Shown here: positions 9,382 to 17,486 of the stretch, piece after piece | Layout: every line of letters starts with the position of its first letter | Position numbering within the stretch: the stretch's first letter is position 1 | Virus record (IMG/VR): IMGVR_UViG_3300046832_002432 | Location: 1-24,628 of that record | DNA from: a virus | Taxonomy: Duplodnaviria > Caudoviricetes | Direction: 5' to 3' (one strand) | DNA length: 24,628 nt | Position numbers and translations under genes: made by a program | Notes under the pieces: generated by a model | The model's input: only the letters and a program-made list of their open reading frames with translations | The model's database searches: none | What the model was told of the DNA's origin: nothing

Positions 9382-9732
9382 CTAACCTTTTGACCACCCC
9401 CCGCCCGGCGGCCTGGCAGGGCGGTCGCCGCGCTGGCGGGCGGCGCGGGCGGCGGCGGTCTTTCGCGTGTGACAGGCGCCGCAAAGGGCCTGCCCGTTCG
9501 CAGCATCGAAGGGATCGCCACCGTCGCGCAGCTCGACGACGTGATCGGCGAACAGGCGCGAGGCCCGGCGGTCCGGCGCCTGGCACGTCAGGCCCTGACA
9601 GCGGCCCTCGGCTCGCTTGATGACGATCCGCCGCCAGGCGGCATACTCGGCCGTCGTGTAGATCGAGGCCGCGACCTTGGCCGGCGGCGCCGCAATCCTG
9701 AGATCGACCGTCTCGACGCGAGGCCGCAGCAT
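9382..9732 (-). CDS. Packaging-associated HNH endonuclease (HK97 gp74-like)
   Basis: C..C (CQGLTC), ADHVVELRDGG, NGQALCGACHTRKT; upstream of terS. Alternative start is GTG 9744. Confidence 0.88.
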   Translation of the reverse strand: MLRPRVETVDLRIAAPPAKVAASIYTTAEYAAWRRIVIKRAEGRCQGLTCQAPDRRASRLFADHVVELRDGGDPFDAANGQALCGACHTRKTAAARAARQRGDRPARPPGGGWSKG

Positions 9733-9761
9733 CGTCAGTCGCACGGCAGCCCCCACAACGA

Positions 9762-9792
9762 AACGCCCGCGCGGCGCGAGCCGGCGGGCGTT
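9762..9792 (-). terminator. GC-rich hairpin ahead of the late operon (tR'-like)
   Basis: AACGCCCGC/GCGGGCGTT plus CGGC/GCCG stems, followed on the minus strand by TCGTTGT. Confidence 0.55.
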
Positions 9793-9861
9793 AAATGATC
9801 GGCGACGCAATTCGTCACCCTCGACTAATTGATCGCTTAAACTGTCCAGATTGTCCAGCTT

Positions 9862-10395
9862 CTATTTCTGACTCTCAAATATCGTGCGCCAGCGATCAAA
9901 TGATTCGCGGTCGACAGGGTGTTTCTGCTCCTGCCAGCGGCCGGCCAGGTGCCGGCGTTCATTTAGATACCAGGCGCCGATCGTCGATTTCTTTACCTTC
10001 CAGCCGCGCCGCTCCAGCAGCTCGGCGACCTTGCGGACAGAGGCGCCGCACGCCATCGCCTGCAGGATGGCGCGTTGCGTGTCGGGCCGTCGCAACAGCT
10101 CCGACCAGGTCCAGTCGGCCAGCGAGATCTCGGCGGCGGTCGGCGGGCGCCGGATCTCGCGGCCCTGGTCGAGCGCGACGTCGGCCAGCAGCGAGACGAA
10201 CCCGCGGCGCAGCGGCGACGGCAGCCGGGCGATCGTGGCGCCGACCGCCAGCAGGCGGCAATGCACTAGGTCGGGCGTCCAGCGTCGGCCGTCGGCGTGA
10301 TCCCAGATCGGATCGGCGATCGCCTCGATCGGCCTGTCAGCCTGGACCGGCGCCGCGGCTCGATCCCAGACGGCGTGACGCTCTGAAACCAGCAC
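9862..10395 (-). CDS. Putative late-transcription regulator (DUF6362-like N-terminus, C-terminal HTH); start uncertain
   Basis: WTPDLVHCRLLAVGATIARLP motif and HTH-like GASVRKVAELL...KKSTIGAWY; lambda-Q-like position. The longer ORF runs through the origin repeats, so GTG 10395 is preferred. Confidence 0.55.
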   Translation of the reverse strand: MLVSERHAVWDRAAAPVQADRPIEAIADPIWDHADGRRWTPDLVHCRLLAVGATIARLPSPLRRGFVSLLADVALDQGREIRRPPTAAEISLADWTWSELLRRPDTQRAILQAMACGASVRKVAELLERRGWKVKKSTIGAWYLNERRHLAGRWQEQKHPVDRESFDRWRTIFESQK

Positions 10396-10437
10396 CGCGC
10401 GCTCGCCCGGCTGCCGATTGCCTGGGACCGCTGGCAC

Positions 10438-10692
10438 CGGTACAGGCTCCCCGGCCCCGTACCGCCCCTGTACCGCCTTCCGTACCGGCTTTAACATATT
10501 GATATTCCTTCTTTTTTTGAGAAAACGGGACAGCGGTACAGGGTTTTTGCTGGTTTCTCTCGTGCGCGCGCGCACCTGTAGTGCCTTCTCCCTCTGGGCC
10601 GTACCGCTGTCCCGTTTTTGCCTTTTCCCCTGTCAGGCCAAGGGCTTAGAGGCGGTACGGAAGGCGGTACAGGGCCGGTACAGGACCGGTAC
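10438..10692. repeat. Candidate phage replication origin: nested inverted repeats with ten CGGTAC motifs
   Basis: 22-bp perfect IR at 10466-10487 / 10653-10674; 18-bp perfect IR at 10522-10539 / 10601-10618; central palindrome GTGCGCGCGCGCAC at 10562-10575; AT-rich tract at 10490-10525; immediately downstream of the helicase gene. Confidence 0.75.
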
Positions 10693-10705
10693 AGAGGGCC
10701 GCCGA

Positions 10706-12622
10706 TCATTCCGCGGCCTGTCGATCGTCGCGCCGGCCGGTCGCGATCTCTTCGTCGGCCAGGCTCGGCAGGACCGCGGGCGGCAGCAGCAGGGCGCGCG
10801 ACTGAGGGCCGGCGAACCGCATTGGCGCGTCAGACGCCTTCGCCTCGACGACCTGGCCGTCGACCACGCGGCGCAGGCCGACCAGGATTTGCGACCGCTT
10901 CGGGCCGCGGAACTGCGGATAATCGACCAGCAGCCGATCAAGGGCCGGATGCTTGTTCGCGATCGCGAGCCAGGCCTGCGACCAGGTTTCCGCCGGCAGC
11001 TTGTGAAAGCGGAACCCCATCGCCAGCAGCGATCGCCGGGCCTCGATCGCGTCGTCGAACCTGGCACGCGCGACCAGCTGGCCGATCGTGAGCTGGTCGC
11101 CGCCACGCCAGGCCGGCGCCGGCAGGCCCCACAGGACGTTTAATAATTCCGACGCATCGTCGGCGCCATCCTCTTCGTCGACGACCGTCAGGATATACGG
11201 CCGAAACCGCTCCAGCTCGGCGACGTCGGCGGCGTCGAGCGGCTGGTCGCTGGTCATGGTCGCCCAGCCGGCGACCAGGTGCCCGATCTGGTCGGCGTCG
11301 CGCGGCGCGCCGCCCAGCTCCAGGATCCGGGTCCGCGCGATCGCGAGATTCTGCTGGAACAGGCCGAACCGCACGATCGCCCGCGCGCGCAGGCCAGGCG
11401 ACAGGGCCGCGGCCCGCTCCAGCTGTTTCGCCACGGCACTAGGGGGAGAGGGGGGACGATCGGCGCGCTGCGCCAGCGGCCGCAGCTCCAGGAAGGCGAC
11501 GCGCGACCGAATCGTCGTTTTCCATGCCTCGGTTAGCGTCGCGACCATCGTCACCGATCCGCGCAGGTCGATCTGCCGGGCCTGGCCGCCGCTGGTGCCG
11601 CGACCGCCGCTGGCGCCGTCGTCGCTGAGCAGCAACACCAGATCCCAGAGCTTGCGCACGCGCTCGGCCTCGGTATCGCTTTCGCTTTCGTCGAGCAGCA
11701 GCGCGCAGGCCGTATGGGCGAAATGCTGCTCTAGATAGGCTTTCGAGTAGGTCCGTTGGACCGGATGCGCCGAGCCGCCCAGGATCGCGCGCTGCAGCTT
11801 TAGAAGCGTCGACTTGCCGGATCCTGCCGGCGCCCTGACAAAGCGATGCGGCTTCCATGTCGGCGCGTCGCCCAGCAGATCGCAGAACAGGCCGCCGAGA
11901 AACAGGTCGCGGGCCTCGTCATCCTGCCAGTGCCATTCATCGAGCAGCGCGGCGATCGCGTGCCCGGCCGAGACGTCGGCCGGCAGCCACTCGAAACCGC
12001 CGGCGCCTTTCAGGCGATGCGCCGGCGCCTGGCGCGCGCCGCCGACGACGTAGAGCGCCTCGCCGACCTGGCTTCCTGGATCGAGGATCTCGCCGCCCGC
12101 GAACACCGCGTCGCCGGCATGAACGACCGGCAGACCGTCGACGCCGCGCCAGGTGCCGACCGACCGATGCGGAATCGCGCCGTCATAATAGCCGGCCGCG
12201 ACGCACGCCCCGATAAGCGATTCCATGCAATGCGGGATCGAGGGCCGGTCGGTCGGGTTGCCCTCGCGATCGCGGCCCGGATAGTGCCGCCGCGGCCAGC
12301 GCAGATCGCCGCCGAACAGATCGGCCAGGCCGCCCTTGTTGTGCAACGCCGAGGCCGTGAACCGGCGCAGCTCGCCGGCCGCCGTCACGAATATATAGGA
12401 TCCGTCGACGTGCCCGATCGGCCGCGCCGGCGGCGGGTCGCGGCGCCATTCGTGACCGGCGCCCTCGACGAACCGAAACCACCATTCAGCGCGCCGGTAA
12501 TCGTACCAGCTGGGCGACGACCAGTCGTCCGGCGGTCCCTCGCGCGTCGACACGCCCTCGACCGGATCCGGCCGCTCCGACTCGGCTGCAAACTCTTCCT
12601 CGCCATCCCACTCGCCCGCCAT
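10706..12622 (-). CDS. P-loop NTPase, probable replicative helicase (638 aa)
   Basis: Walker A APAGSGKST, Walker B LLLDESE; same operon as the primase and next to the candidate origin. Confidence 0.75.
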   Translation of the reverse strand: MAGEWDGEEEFAAESERPDPVEGVSTREGPPDDWSSPSWYDYRRAEWWFRFVEGAGHEWRRDPPPARPIGHVDGSYIFVTAAGELRRFTASALHNKGGLADLFGGDLRWPRRHYPGRDREGNPTDRPSIPHCMESLIGACVAAGYYDGAIPHRSVGTWRGVDGLPVVHAGDAVFAGGEILDPGSQVGEALYVVGGARQAPAHRLKGAGGFEWLPADVSAGHAIAALLDEWHWQDDEARDLFLGGLFCDLLGDAPTWKPHRFVRAPAGSGKSTLLKLQRAILGGSAHPVQRTYSKAYLEQHFAHTACALLLDESESDTEAERVRKLWDLVLLLSDDGASGGRGTSGGQARQIDLRGSVTMVATLTEAWKTTIRSRVAFLELRPLAQRADRPPSPPSAVAKQLERAAALSPGLRARAIVRFGLFQQNLAIARTRILELGGAPRDADQIGHLVAGWATMTSDQPLDAADVAELERFRPYILTVVDEEDGADDASELLNVLWGLPAPAWRGGDQLTIGQLVARARFDDAIEARRSLLAMGFRFHKLPAETWSQAWLAIANKHPALDRLLVDYPQFRGPKRSQILVGLRRVVDGQVVEAKASDAPMRFAGPQSRALLLPPAVLPSLADEEIATGRRDDRQAAE

Positions 12623-12637
12623 GATCCCGCCCGTCGG

Positions 12638-12994
12638 TTATTGCTTGTTCGTCGATCGCTGCTGGCGCAGCCGCTCACGCCTCGGCGTCGGGTAGGCCTC
12701 GACCTGGCCGACCTTCAGGCCCGACGCCGATCGCTTGACCTGGCGCGCCGTCAGCCGCTCGATCTGGCGGCCCAGCAGGCGCCGCTCGCGATCGGCGATC
12801 GCGCGCAAGCCAGGGCCGTCGACGGCCCGGTTCCCGACGACGAACAGGCAAGCCGCGGCGGCCGTGACGACGAACGACCGGCCGCGCAGAAAGCGAACGT
12901 CGGCGACCAGGTCGCCATAGATCTCGCGCTCGCGCGCCTCGATCTCTGCGCGCTCGGCGTCGCGCCGCTTGGCCGGCGTCGCGGCTTTGCTCAT
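12638..12994 (-). CDS. Hypothetical protein (118 aa, MSKAATPAKRRD...)
   Basis: Internal ATG 12994; protein-like composition (EREIYGDLVADVRFLRGRSFVV); fills the gap before the helicase. Confidence 0.55.
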   Translation of the reverse strand: MSKAATPAKRRDAERAEIEAREREIYGDLVADVRFLRGRSFVVTAAAACLFVVGNRAVDGPGLRAIADRERRLLGRQIERLTARQVKRSASGLKVGQVEAYPTPRRERLRQQRSTNKQ

Positions 12995-13619
12995 TGCAGG
13001 CCCCCCATTGCTCGGCCATCGCCTCGGCGATCCCCGGAAAAAAGCGCGACCGCTCGCGCCAGCGATCCGGCCCCGGCGGCATGCGATGCACGCGCGACCA
13101 GGCCTTATGCTCTGGCGTTCCCGGCCGCGGCGGATCGAGCCGGCGGGTCGGGCCAAGCGGCGGCAACGCCTTCAGGTAGAGGCCGGTCGCCTTAAAAAAC
13201 GGTTCACCGAACCACCACGGCTGCACCGTCTGCGCCGGCGGCCGATAGTTCCGGATCAGCTCTTTTGCGTGTTTGTGCATCACCGGATTTTCAATGCAGA
13301 TCCGGTCGATCGGCGCGCCCCAGCAGGCAGAGAACAGGGCCGCGCCCTCGCGCAGCTCGGCCTGCATGATCTCGACCGTCTTTCCGGGCGGCGGCGCGCT
13401 GAGCCAGCGCACGCCCGAATTGCACAAGCGCGTGCAAGGCGGATGCGCGACCATGAGCAGATCCCAGCCATCGTCGAGAATGTCGCGAACGTCGGCGACG
13501 ATGTGGCGGTTCGATCCATCCTCGGCCGGCAGCAAATCGCAGGACCAGGCATCGTGACCGCGCGCCGCGAACGCCCGCCGCACCGTTCCGGAGAATTCGC
13601 AGGCGACCAGGACTTTCAA
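12675..13619 (-). CDS. Short C5-cytosine DNA methyltransferase-like protein; conserved part ends near 13000
   Basis: TTG start coupled to the primase stop. VLVACEFSG (motif I-like), AHPPCT (catalytic PC), IENP (motif VI), QPWWFG; family-typical end GIAEAMAEQWG followed by an apparent off-frame tail. Confidence 0.75.
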   Translation of the reverse strand: MKVLVACEFSGTVRRAFAARGHDAWSCDLLPAEDGSNRHIVADVRDILDDGWDLLMVAHPPCTRLCNSGVRWLSAPPPGKTVEIMQAELREGAALFSACWGAPIDRICIENPVMHKHAKELIRNYRPPAQTVQPWWFGEPFFKATGLYLKALPPLGPTRRLDPPRPGTPEHKAWSRVHRMPPGPDRWRERSRFFPGIAEAMAEQWGACNEQSRDAGQAARRRARRDRGARARDLWRPGRRRSLSARPVVRRHGRRGLPVRRREPGRRRPWLARDRRSRAAPAGPPDRAADGAPGQAIGVGPEGRPGRGLPDAEA

Positions 13620-14689
13620 CGCGCGCCCTCCCGCGAACGCCGTTCGGCCTCGGCGCGCAGCTGCAACAGATCGTTAAAGTCGCCTTTATCGGCGGCGATC
13701 CGCGGGATCCGGACGGCGACCGTCCGGCCGACGGCGAACGCCTTGGCGCCGGCATGGGCGAACAGCTCGCCGAACCGGCCTTTTCCGCCCTTGTCGGCGG
13801 CCCAGATGAAATCGCCGCAGGCGAACGGCGGCTCGACGTTGCGCATTCGGCCGGCCGTGACGAACGCCAGGCCCGATCGGCGCCAGAGCTGCATTGCCGA
13901 CAGCGACGACTCGATCCCCTCGCCGCCGATCATCGCGTCGGCGTCGGCGCCGAGCCGGATAAAGCCCGGCCCGTAGGATCCGACCACCAGTCTCGTTTTC
14001 TCGGCCGGCGCCTTGCCCCAGCTGCCGTCCGGCCGCCGCGCCAGATAGGTGCGATGGACCGTCAGCAGCTCGCCGGCGTGACTGCGGACCGCCGCCACCA
14101 TCGCCGGCCAGCTGCGCTGCTCGTAATCATGCCAGCAGTCGGCGGCGAACCGCAGATCGACCGGCCAGCCGGCCGGCCCCATGCCGGCGATCCCGTAATC
14201 CCCCGGCGGCACGATCGCGCGGCCGCGCAGATAGAGATCGACGGGATCGCCGGCCTCGATCGGCGACGCCATGCCCCAAATCCGGCGCGCGCGATCGAGC
14301 TTGCGCGGGTCGACGACCTGAGCCGCGGCGACGCGCGCCGGCGGCGGCGCCGAGGCCTGCAGATGCGTCAAGCCGTTTTCGCTTTCGAGCAGCTGCAGCG
14401 CGTCGAGGAACCCGAGGCCCTGGCGACGCATGACAAAGTCGATCGCGTCGCCGCTGGCACCGCACCCGAAACAGTGAAAGCCCGGCCGGTTGCCGCGCTC
14501 GTAGACCGTGAACGACGGCGACCGCTCGTCATGGAAAGGGCAGAGCCCCTGCCAGGCCGCGCCGGCCTTGCGCAGCGTCACGACGCGCCCGACGACCTGG
14601 ACGATCGAGAGGCGCGAATGCAACTCGGCCTTGCGGCGCTGCAGGGCGGCGTCGTCAAAGCGGCGCGCCAGGCGGTCGGTCTTTCTCAT
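13616..14689 (-). CDS. DNA primase (CHC2 zinc finger plus TOPRIM-like domain)
   Basis: GLCPFHDERSPSF...FHCFGCGASGDAIDF, YLRGRAI, VHRTYL, GEGIESSLS, AADKG, GDFNDLL; ATGA coupling at 14686-14689. Confidence 0.88.
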   Translation of the reverse strand: MRKTDRLARRFDDAALQRRKAELHSRLSIVQVVGRVVTLRKAGAAWQGLCPFHDERSPSFTVYERGNRPGFHCFGCGASGDAIDFVMRRQGLGFLDALQLLESENGLTHLQASAPPPARVAAAQVVDPRKLDRARRIWGMASPIEAGDPVDLYLRGRAIVPPGDYGIAGMGPAGWPVDLRFAADCWHDYEQRSWPAMVAAVRSHAGELLTVHRTYLARRPDGSWGKAPAEKTRLVVGSYGPGFIRLGADADAMIGGEGIESSLSAMQLWRRSGLAFVTAGRMRNVEPPFACGDFIWAADKGGKGRFGELFAHAGAKAFAVGRTVAVRIPRIAADKGDFNDLLQLRAEAERRSREGAR

Positions 14690-15120
14690 TTGGCCCACCG
14701 CCGCCGCCGGATCCGCCCGGCCTCGACCATGACGGCCAGGTCATTCTCGATCGAGGCCGCGGTCGTGCCGAACAGGCGCGCCAGGCGCGCGAGACCTGGC
14801 AGCAGAGGGCCGCCGGCGTCGTGTTCGGCGATCATCTGCTGCAGCGCGATCTGCCGCTCGGCCAGGGACAGGCAAACGCCCAGCTCGCCGCCCTTCTGCG
14901 CTTTGGGCCGGGCCTCGGCGCGCGCCGTCACCGTCGCGCGCAAAGCCCAGGCCGCGTCGAGATCGCGGAACTGCTGCGCGCCGCCGGCGACGCGATCGAG
15001 CATCTGCTGCGGCGCCTGCCGCCGCACACAGCGGCGCAAGGTCGTCACGATCAGCGGCTCGCGCGCTGGGCCGCCTGGCGGCAGCCGCCCGAACAGGATC
15101 GCCGGCGCGGTCGCGCTCAT
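14686..15120 (-). CDS. Hypothetical protein with C-terminal winged HTH (144 aa)
   Basis: ATGA-coupled at both ends; LPGLARLARLFGTTAASIENDLAVMVEAGRIRR resembles a GntR-type wHTH. Confidence 0.65.
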   Translation of the reverse strand: MSATAPAILFGRLPPGGPAREPLIVTTLRRCVRRQAPQQMLDRVAGGAQQFRDLDAAWALRATVTARAEARPKAQKGGELGVCLSLAERQIALQQMIAEHDAGGPLLPGLARLARLFGTTAASIENDLAVMVEAGRIRRRRWAK

Positions 15121-15677
15121 TGCCACGCGACGGACGGGAACAGCGACCGGAACGTCGCCGCCCATAGAGTCTCGGCATAGTGCGCCGGCCAGCACTCGAT
15201 CGGCACGCCGAGCGGCGCCGGCAGGATCCAGCCCGCCGCCTCGATCCGCTCGGCGCCGAACAAAACCGCCGCTTCGTCGGCGATGATCGCCGAGTCGGCC
15301 GCGACGACCGCGGCGGGAATCTCCGGGTCGAGCCCGGCCAGCGTCAGGATCTGCGCCTCGATCGGCGCCTCGATCTCGCGGAACGCCGGCAGCTTGCGCT
15401 TGATCGGCCGGATCACGTCGGCGACGTAGGCCTCGGCCCCGTCGTGCAATAGCGCGTAGCGCGCGAGCTGCGGCTGGCGCCGGCGCCCGAAATACTGCGC
15501 CAGCGCGACCGAATGCTCGGCGACCGAATAGAACCGCTGCGCGTGCCCGCCGTAGCGGCACGACAGGCTGAGCGCGTGCGCAATGTCGACCCATGACACG
15601 TCGTCGGGCCGAGGATCGAGCGGCCAGAAGCGGCGGCCGCTGTAGGTCATCATCCAATCGCCGCGGCGGTCGGCCAT
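15117..15677 (-). CDS. HD-domain phosphohydrolase (YfdR/YfbR-like 5'-deoxynucleotidase)
   Basis: DIAHALS..CRYGGH...FYSVAEHS and ALLHDGAEAY. Confidence 0.88.
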   Translation of the reverse strand: MADRRGDWMMTYSGRRFWPLDPRPDDVSWVDIAHALSLSCRYGGHAQRFYSVAEHSVALAQYFGRRRQPQLARYALLHDGAEAYVADVIRPIKRKLPAFREIEAPIEAQILTLAGLDPEIPAAVVAADSAIIADEAAVLFGAERIEAAGWILPAPLGVPIECWPAHYAETLWAATFRSLFPSVAWQ

Positions 15678-15678
15678 G

Positions 15679-16143
15679 TCAGCGGCCCCCCGCGGCGTCG
15701 AGCAGCAGCCGGCGCAAGGCGCACATGGCCGCCAGAGCTTCGTCGACTTGCGTCAAGGCCTCGCGCGCCTCGGCCGGCGAGATCTCGCCATCTGCCAGCG
15801 CGCCGACGACCGACGCGATCGCCTCGCCATGCTCGCGAGAGGCCTCGGCCGTGAGCTGGTGCGCGCCGCCCTCGCCGGCCGCCAGCGGCTGAAAATAGCC
15901 GCCGGCGAGGCTCGCCAGATACTCGGCCGCGGCCGGCGCCGCCGGCGACGTGAGCGCCGCGACGCGCGCAAAGGTGATCTCTTCGTGCGCCTGGGCGTCG
16001 GCGAACGCATAGGTTTGTGACAGGCCGAGCGACAGGCGCAACGCCGCCAGCTTGACGCCGCCGACCTGATCGAAGAGGCGCCGGATCGCCGATTTCGGCA
16101 GATCCGGATCGCACGGCTTGACCGGATGAAAGGCGCGGCTCAT
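15679..16143 (-). CDS. Phage CII-like regulatory protein (154 aa)
   Basis: ATGA-coupled start 16143; N-terminal HTH-like segment and C-terminal ALADGEISPAEAREAL motif; downstream of cro. Confidence 0.65.
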   Translation of the reverse strand: MSRAFHPVKPCDPDLPKSAIRRLFDQVGGVKLAALRLSLGLSQTYAFADAQAHEEITFARVAALTSPAAPAAAEYLASLAGGYFQPLAAGEGGAHQLTAEASREHGEAIASVVGALADGEISPAEAREALTQVDEALAAMCALRRLLLDAAGGR

Positions 16144-16337
16144 GGCCGACACCGGAAAGCGGCGCCGACGTTCCGGTCGACGTCGGGCCGGTTCGCGTCC
16201 AGGTTGTCGGCCATGCGAACGACACCCCAGGCCGGGCCGGTCGACGGCCCAAACGACACGACGACCGGCTCGACCGGCCGGGCCGCCTCTGACGCCGCCA
16301 CCAGGGCAGCGACCGCGTTTGCATATGGTCCGAACAT
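16140..16337 (-). CDS. Hypothetical protein (65 aa)
   Basis: GGGGAGG RBS; TGATG coupling to cro and ATGA coupling to the CII-like gene. Confidence 0.55.
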   Translation of the reverse strand: MFGPYANAVAALVAASEAARPVEPVVVSFGPSTGPAWGVVRMADNLDANRPDVDRNVGAAFRCRP

Positions 16338-16624
16338 CAAGCCGCCTCCCCTGCCGTTGCGATGGTTTCTGGCGCGACGCCCTCGACCGGCGTCTCGACC
16401 GGCGTCTCGACCGGCGTCTCGATCGGCCGCCAGTCGGGCGGCACGATCGCCTCGATCGCCCGGATCGTTTCAGCCGACGGCGCCCAGGCGGCCGAATCCA
16501 TGCCGCGCAGCGCGGCACGCGACAGGCCAACGCGCAGGGCAAGGGCGGAATAGGACAGGCCTTCGGCCTGGCGGAAGGCGCGGAGGCGGCCGAGAACGTC
16601 GACCAGGAGCGGAGGGCGGGACAT
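16337..16624 (-). CDS. Cro-like XRE HTH regulator (95 aa)
   Basis: LRAFRQAEGLSYSALALRVGLSRAALRGM...PSAETIRAIE; divergent from the CI-like gene. Confidence 0.8.
   Translation of the reverse strand: MSRPPLLVDVLGRLRAFRQAEGLSYSALALRVGLSRAALRGMDSAAWAPSAETIRAIEAIVPPDWRPIETPVETPVETPVEGVAPETIATAGEAA
16382..16427. repeat. 12-bp tandem repeat (CTCGACCGGCGT x3 plus variant) encoding the PVET repeats of Cro
   Basis: Read directly. Confidence 0.85.
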
Positions 16625-16630
16625 GAGCGG

Positions 16631-16683
16631 AGGTTTGCATAGTTTAATATGCAGATCAAGGCCGCCGGATAACACAATATCCG
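16631..16683 (-). promoter_or_regulatory. PR-like promoter with two operators
   Basis: Minus strand TTGATC-17-AAACCT ends 6 nt before the cro ATG. Operators TGCATA-N6-TATGCA (16636-16653) and CGGATA-N6-TATCCG (16666-16683). Confidence 0.7.
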
Positions 16684-16718
16684 CGAATTCTTTTATCCAA
16701 TGGCGCAAAATGCGGTAT

Positions 16719-17336
16719 ATGCCCGACCTGGTCGACGCCCGCCGGCGCGCTCTAAACGCCTTTCTGATCCGTCATCGTCTTTCGGCGCGCGCGATCTGCC
16801 GCGCCGCCGGCCTCTCGCCGGCCGTCGTCAGTCAATTTGTGAACGTGCCAGGCCGGGACATGATCGCCCGCACCTGGGAGGCGCTGGCCGCCGGCGCCTC
16901 GACGCTGCTCGGCCGGCCCGTCAGCGTCGCCGAGCTGCAGGGCGATCGCGCCGAGCCCGGCACCGTCGAGGCCGTCAGCTTCGCCGACGGTCGCGCGATC
17001 GTCGTTCCGCTCGACCAGACGCTCGACGTCGACGCCGGAAACCCGCCGGACGGCGCCGCCGGCGAGGCCTTGCTTGTGCGCGACAACGCCGCCGCGCCGA
17101 CTTTCGAGGCCGGCGACATGCTCTGGCCGGGCCGCGCGCGCCGAGACGTCGGCGAGCTGGTCGGCCGCGTCGTCGTCGCCCAGCTGGCCGACGGCTCGCG
17201 CCTGGTGCGCCGGCTGTTGCGCGGCAGCCACGCCGGCCGCTTCGATCTGCAGGCCGTCAACGCCGCCGGCGCGCCGCTGGCCGACCAGGCCATCGTCGAG
17301 GCGGCGCCGATCCGCTGGATCCGTAAAGCGTCCTGA
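16719..17336 (+). CDS. CI-like repressor (HTH plus degenerate S24 domain)
   Basis: HTH LSARAICRAAGLSPAVVSQFV; S24-like fold pattern ALLVRDNAAAPTFEAGDML...VVVAQLADGSRLVRRL...FDLQAVN...IRWI. Start is 16719 or 16710. Confidence 0.82.
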   Translation: MPDLVDARRRALNAFLIRHRLSARAICRAAGLSPAVVSQFVNVPGRDMIARTWEALAAGASTLLGRPVSVAELQGDRAEPGTVEAVSFADGRAIVVPLDQTLDVDAGNPPDGAAGEALLVRDNAAAPTFEAGDMLWPGRARRDVGELVGRVVVAQLADGSRLVRRLLRGSHAGRFDLQAVNAAGAPLADQAIVEAAPIRWIRKAS

Positions 17337-17398
17337 CGGCTCACACCGCCGGCGAACCCCGCTTGCGATTATTGCACCGCGACTGAGCGATCCCGGTT

Positions 17399-17426
17399 TT
17401 GACAGGCCAAAAAATTGTCATAGTCT
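17399..17426 (+). promoter_or_regulatory. Sigma70-type promoter for the two-gene cassette
   Basis: TTGACA-16-TAGTCT, overlapped by the inverted repeat TGACA-N11-TGTCA. Confidence 0.6.
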
Positions 17427-17486
17427 CGCCGGCCCGCCCAGTAAGGCGGCGCAACTATATCGCCACGCAATTAAGGATTGCGGCCC

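Noticed and set aside
9382-9732. HNH as a homing endonuclease or defence nuclease
   Set aside because: Size and position directly before terS match the packaging-associated HNH.
10438-10692. Repeats as a CRISPR array or MITE
   Set aside because: No repeat-spacer periodicity and no cas genes; no transposase or evident target duplication. Position fits an origin.
15117-15677. HD hydrolase as a DatZ-type Z-genome gene
   Set aside because: No purZ, mazZ or polymerase in the window; motifs fit the common YfdR-like prophage family.
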